From an uncultured Acidobacteriota bacterium (GTDB lineage Bacteria > Acidobacteriota > Thermoanaerobaculia > UBA5066 > DATFVB01): a stretch of DNA of 64,000 nt. Both the position numbers and the translations under genes were made by a program. Positions 59,650-64,000 of the stretch are shown here, piece after piece. The stretch lies in assembly GCA_963813155.1 (NCBI GenBank), contig CAWEYG010000002.1, positions 512,001 through 576,000 of the forward strand. The letters run 5' to 3'. The notes under the pieces are model-generated. The model had not been told where the DNA came from. It saw nothing but the letters and a program-made list of their open reading frames with translations, and searched no databases. Position 1 is the first letter of the stretch. The number at the start of each line of letters is the position of its first letter.

Positions 59650-60540
59650 TCAAGGTTTGGGCGGAGTGTTCGTCCACTTCTCTCCCGCCGGCCGCCAGTT
59701 CCCGGCAATCCGCGAAAGGCGAACCGTTCCGTATTGCTTTTCGCCTCCCTGCAGGCCCGTCATATAGAGCACGGCCTCGTCGTCCCGGACGTAGCCGTCC
59801 TCGATGACGACCTTCTCCGGGGCCATGGCTGCCATGAGCTCCAGCCCCTTTTTCAGGTCCTCGTCCGACATGTCCGGCATCTCGCCGGGACGGCTCATTT
59901 TCCGGATCGTCGCGAGGTCCTTCCGCAGGATTGCCCGGTGGAGCGCCATCCAGGCCTTCCCCGGCTCGCCGCCGCCGGCCGGAAGCTTCTGTCCGGTCTT
60001 CGCGTCGGGCGCGGGCGGTTCGCGGAACGATTCGCGGAGAACGGCGTGAAAGCGAACGTCGCTCTTGTAGCGGTGCTCGAGGAACTCCTCTTCGTTCGCC
60101 GTCGAAACCGAGCCGGAGATCTCGCCGGCGCTCCGGGAACCGACGCGCACTTCCGAATGCGTCATTCCCGACATCTGAAGGCTTCCCCCGCCGAGCGCCG
60201 AATGGTGGACGACCTCGCGAATCGCGCTGCCGGACTCGTCCAGTTTCAAAAGCAGCGAATTGCCCTCTCCCTGCGCCGCGCTCTCGAGGTCTTTCAGCCC
60301 TTCCAATGCCCGGGCCGGCAGCGGGCCCTCCGTCAAAAGGATCGCCGTGTCGGTTTTTTTCTCGTCGAAATCGCCGGGCTGCGTCATCGCGTAGGCGTGG
60401 TGCAGCGAGACGGCCTTGCCGTCGATCGAAAAACTCCCGGCGGCCTCTCCCGGTGCGAGGGAGTCCGCAGGCGCCGCGGAGGCGAAAGCGGCGAGCGCGC
60501 CGAGGAGGAGCGAGATCGCAACGATCCGGGAGGCGCGCAT
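59650..60540 (-). CDS. Secreted hypothetical protein
   Basis: Signal peptide MRASRIVAISLLLGALAAFASA; 296 aa. Confidence 0.7.
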   Translation of the reverse strand: MRASRIVAISLLLGALAAFASAAPADSLAPGEAAGSFSIDGKAVSLHHAYAMTQPGDFDEKKTDTAILLTEGPLPARALEGLKDLESAAQGEGNSLLLKLDESGSAIREVVHHSALGGGSLQMSGMTHSEVRVGSRSAGEISGSVSTANEEEFLEHRYKSDVRFHAVLRESFREPPAPDAKTGQKLPAGGGEPGKAWMALHRAILRKDLATIRKMSRPGEMPDMSDEDLKKGLELMAAMAPEKVVIEDGYVRDDEAVLYMTGLQGGEKQYGTVRLSRIAGNWRPAGEKWTNTPPKP

Positions 60541-60557
60541 CTCGGAGAATCGTAGCA

Positions 60558-61434
60558 TCATGCCCGGCGCCCGGGCGATTCGGAGGCGATCCGGCTCCGG
60601 CCGGCCACGGCGAGCGCGACCCCGCCGAGGATCGCGAGCGACGCGAAGACCAGCCGCGCCGTGATCCCCTCGCCGAGCCACGCGACCGCGCCGGCCGCCG
60701 CGAGGACGGGCACCGCGAGCTGAACGCTCGCCGCGCGGGTCGCCGTGAGACCGGGCAACGCCGCATACCACGCGGCGTACCCGACGCCGGACGCGACGGC
60801 TCCCGAGAGCACGGCAAGGACGATCCCGCGAGGCTGCGCGCGCGACGATCCGACCCATCCGACCATGGCCAGGCTCGTCAGCACGGCGAGCGGTGCGGCC
60901 CGAAGGAAGTTCGCAGCCGTGTCGGCGAGGGGATTTCTCGAGCCGCGACCGCGCAGCGAATAGATCCCCCAGCTCACGCCCGCGACGGCCATGAGGCCCG
61001 AGCCCACGGCCGAGGGGGCCGCGGCGCCGGGCCGGACGAGATATCCCAGGCCGCCGAGCGCGAGAGCCAATCCCGCCCACTGGAGAACGTCCGGCCGCTC
61101 GCCCGAGGCAAGGGCCGAGCCGATCATCGTCGCCTGGACGCAGCCGAAGAGCACGAGCGCGCCGACGCCGGCAGGGATCGTCCGATACGCGAAGGAAAAC
61201 GGCGCGGCATAGAAAAAGAACGCGAGCGCGGACGGCCAGCTCCCGCTCGCGGCGAGGCTCCCGTCCTTTGCCGGCGAGCAGGGCGAGCGCGAGCAGCGCC
61301 GCCGCCCCCGACACGATCCGGATCGCCGTGTAGCTCGCGGCATCGATCGCGTTTCCCCCCAGGGCCAGCCGGCCGAGCAGCGAGTTCGCCGCGAACGCGG
61401 CGAGCGCGAAGACCGTGAAAAACGGCGTGCGCAT
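60558..61434 (-). CDS. EamA/DMT family transporter (frameshift near 61260)
   Basis: AFAANSLL, FSFAY, GALVLFG.VQ.TM, WGIYS, VQLAVPV. Confidence 0.85.
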
Positions 61435-61468
61435 GGTTTCGCCATTATCCGCGAATCGCGAGCGGGGA

Positions 61469-61484
61469 TGGCACAGGCCTTGCT
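61469..61484 (+). promoter_or_regulatory. sigma54 promoter
   Basis: TGGCACAGGCCTTGCT, near-perfect consensus. Confidence 0.7.
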
Positions 61485-61508
61485 CCCTCCGATTTCCGGA
61501 GGCATCTC

Positions 61509-61709
61509 ATGAAATGGACCGGCTTGTATCTGCTCGGCTACGTCGTCCTGATCGCCGGCCTTCTCGCCGCGCTCTGGAAGATGGGAATCCTGCAGCACAT
61601 CGGCGCGGCATGGACAGCGATCGGGCTCGTGATCCTGATCGGGCTCGGAATCATGATCGCCGTCTCCCATGGCGGCGTGAAGGAAAACATCCAGATCGAC
61701 CGAAAATAG
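61509..61709 (+). CDS. Small two-TM membrane protein
   Basis: SD GGAGG; two hydrophobic helices. Confidence 0.7.
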   Translation: MKWTGLYLLGYVVLIAGLLAALWKMGILQHIGAAWTAIGLVILIGLGIMIAVSHGGVKENIQIDRK

Positions 61710-61713
61710 GGCC

Positions 61714-61887
61714 TTACGACCTGGCGACGCCGGGCTCGTGAGGCTCGGGTTTCTCGCTGCCTCGCTTTTCACGACGGTCCGGCCCCTCGAATTCCTCGAC
61801 CTGCTCGACGAAGCGAGTCCTTTTCGGCGGGTCGTCATCGGGCGTCGATTTTCGGGGCGGTTTTCGTGGCTTTTTTGGCTGCTTCAT
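61714..61887 (-). CDS. Small charged hydrophilic protein (57 aa)
   Basis: SD AAGGAG before ATG; MKQPKKPRKPP...VARS*. Confidence 0.45.
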   Translation of the reverse strand: MKQPKKPRKPPRKSTPDDDPPKRTRFVEQVEEFEGPDRREKRGSEKPEPHEPGVARS

Positions 61888-61993
61888 CCAGATCTCCTTC
61901 CAAAGCGTCAAAGACTTACTTCCCGAGCGAGTCGACTGGAATCAATCCGTCCGACTCCATTGTTCTCTCATTCGTGATACAGTTCTCTCGAGC

Positions 61994-62722
61994 ATGAAAA
62001 GGCCTTTCGTTTCAGGAGTTTTCCTGTCGTCTCGCCCTTGTCGGGTTTTCGGGCTCGCCGGCGCCGCGTCCGCCGATCCCCAGGCGTCGCGGCCCTCGAA
62101 TTGGGCCGGAGCGGTCACCGGCACCCACGTGCCGAATCTCTACCGGGTCGAGCCCGACCTGCTGCGGAGCGCCCAGCCCGATTCGACCGGATTCGAGGAG
62201 CTGAGCGCGTCTCTGGGCGTCAAGACCGTTCTCGACCTTCGCGCCGGGCACGGCGACGCCGGGGAGGCGGGCAAGGCGGCTCTCAAGTTTCTGAACGTGC
62301 CGATGCGAGCCTGGTCGGCCCAGCGACGACCTCGTGGTTCAGGCGCTTCGAATCCTCGCGGACCGCTCGAACCGGCCGATCCTCGTGCATTGCCAGCATG
62401 GCGCCGACCGGACCGGCATGATCCTCGCGCTCTATCGCGTCGTCGTGCAGGGATGGACGAAAGAAGACGCCATCCGCGAGATGGACGAAGGCGGTTACCA
62501 CCACAGCTCCCTGTTCCGGAATCTCGACCGATACGTCTCGAACGCGAACGTCGCGGCGCTGCGGCGGGAGCTCGGGGTCTCGGCCCCCGGCGTCGTGCTC
62601 GCCGCGGCTGCCGCCTCGCCGTCCGTTCCGGCGCCGTCCGCGTCGAAGGGTCCCGCCATTCCGGACAAGCTCTCGCTCCGGCACCGAGCCTCATTCCCCT
62701 GGCCTCCGCCGCGGCCCGCTGA
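61994..62722 (+). CDS. Tyrosine/dual-specificity phosphatase (frameshift near 62320)
   Basis: NLYRV...RSAQP, VLDLR, HCQHGADRTG. Confidence 0.87.
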   Translation: MKRPFVSGVFLSSRPCRVFGLAGAASADPQASRPSNWAGAVTGTHVPNLYRVEPDLLRSAQPDSTGFEELSASLGVKTVLDLRAGHGDAGEAGKAALKFLNVPMRAWSAQRRPRGSGASNPRGPLEPADPRALPAWRRPDRHDPRALSRRRAGMDERRRHPRDGRRRLPPQLPVPESRPIRLERERRGAAAGARGLGPRRRARRGCRLAVRSGAVRVEGSRHSGQALAPAPSLIPLASAAAR

Positions 62723-63804
62723 GGCCGCGACCGCCGGAGCTCGATCGGGCGGCGTCCCGCGAGTTGAAACTTCGGAAAGACGAGATAGCTGATCGCCTCG
62801 CGTGAGTCTTTCGGGGCCGTCAGGTAGGCGGCGGCCCATTTCAACACGACGTAAAGCTTGTAATAGAACGGCAGCCGGCCGTGCGACTCCGGCAGTCGCC
62901 GGCTCAGCAGTTTCTCCGCGAGAGCGCCCTTCTCCTCGGGGCTCATCGACTTCTCGGCGGACGCGTTCTCGGCCACGCGTTCCGCGATCGCGGCCCGAAT
63001 TCTCTCCACTCGCCGGCGGCTCGCCGTAAACACAGGAGGATTCACGGCTTCGTCCCACCCGGAAGAGACGTAGGCACAGACGTCGACGTCGCGTCTCTTT
63101 CGGAGAAGACCTGTCGGCCCGTCGCGCTCGAAGACGGGATCCGGCCCCTCGAAGTCGTCTCTCGCGAGGCGGAACCCCGCCTGCGTTGCTTCGGCGTCGG
63201 CGGGACTCTCGACCGCCGTCGATTTCGCGCCCATGAGGCCGCGTTCGTCGGCCCGGGCGGCCCGCAGGGCGTCCTCGTCGGTTCGAAGCCGCGCGCCCTC
63301 CCGGCGGCTCGCGTTGTAATAGAAGAACCCGTTCGAGAAGAGGTGCGTCAGCTTGTCCGTTCCCATGCGGACGCCGCACAGCTCGAATGTCGGCGCGAGC
63401 GAGGTCTCGGCGAGTCGGTTGTATCGGCTTTCCCCGTAGATGCTCTCTTTTCCCTCGAGGACGATTCGCTCGAGTCGCGGCCAGCCGGCGCAGTCATTGC
63501 TCTCGACGCACGCGCCGACGACCGGCAACAGCCGGTCCAGGAACCGGCGCAAAACGATTTCCCGATAAGCCTTGAAAAACGCGAGCTCCGCTCCGGTGTC
63601 GCTCGCCGCCGCCGGACCGCCGGGAGACTTCCGCAGTTCCCCGTTCGCCCGCTCCACGGCGGACGCGAGAGTCGTGTTCACGGCCGCGTTCAGCTTCGGC
63701 GCCGAGTCCTCCAGCGGCACGTAACGAAACGTCACGTTGTCCGTTTCCGCCCCGAGAGCGGCCGACGCGAAGCCGAGAACGACGACGATGGCTGCAGCGC
63801 GAAT
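62691..63804 (-). CDS. Secreted hypothetical protein (probable ATT start; 3' end uncertain)
   Basis: Signal peptide IRAAAIVVVLGFASAALGA|ETDN, GTDKLTHLFSNGFFYY, SPAD. The frame stays open to 62140, so an indel near the true stop is assumed. Confidence 0.6.
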
Positions 63805-63807
63805 GTC

Positions 63808-63960
63808 TTACAGCCTCCCCATCAAGAGCAGCACGACCAGGATGATCAGGACGACTCCAACGATGCCGCTCGGGCCGTAACCCCAATTGCGACTGTGGGA
63901 CCAGCGGGGAAAGACGCCGAGAAGGACGAGAATCAGGATGATCAGGAGTACCAGGCCCAT
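63808..63960 (-). CDS. DUF3309 small membrane protein (50 aa)
   Basis: MGLVLLIILILVLLGVFPRWSHSRNWGYGPSG...MGRL; SD AAGGAGGT. Confidence 0.88.
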   Translation of the reverse strand: MGLVLLIILILVLLGVFPRWSHSRNWGYGPSGIVGVVLIILVVLLLMGRL

Positions 63961-64000
63961 GAGCACCTCCTTCAAAGATGGCTTCGCCTCGTTCCAAGAG

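Noticed and set aside
62140-62722. Genuine antisense overlap of the 62140..63735 ORF across the phosphatase gene
   Set aside because: The overlapping tail is low-complexity Arg-rich shadow translation; a missed stop caused by an indel near 62700 is more plausible.

Overview
High-GC (roughly 65-70%) bacterial chromosome segment, probably Acidobacteriota (Thermoanaerobaculia-like; inferred from gene content and protein style only). It holds about 60 CDS. I found no tRNA/rRNA, CRISPR array, transposase or prophage. Content from left to right: four membrane (GT-C/YfhO-type) glycosyltransferase-like genes; rseP-dxr-cdsA-uppS-truA-GT87 (minus strand) head-to-head with a GT2; Pit/DUF47, Nramp, queEC, clpB-htrA, gltX, yciH, M20 peptidase, nadACB; a ferritin-like protein and a sigma54 activator; a secreted tail-fibre-like protein; a TolC/HlyD/DHA2 efflux operon; osmC, amidohydrolases, VIT1; an ECF/anti-sigma module with phosphoesterase, CuA protein and cytochrome c; and small stress proteins. 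Many apparent frameshifts, densest at 1-8200 and also in dxr and rseP, look like long-read indel errors. The most interesting signals concern translation initiation and regulation: (i) yciH/SUI1 appears to start at AUA, suggesting an infC-like autoregulatory loop; (ii) a second gene appears to start at AUU; (iii) about 15 genes have a TAnnnT box 6-10 nt before the start codon, suggesting leaderless mRNAs; (iv) six sigma54-type promoters precede stress-type genes; (v) a pseudo-receiver fused to a histone-H1-like tail, and a fibre protein with a lower-GC repeat cassette. None of this is database-verified.
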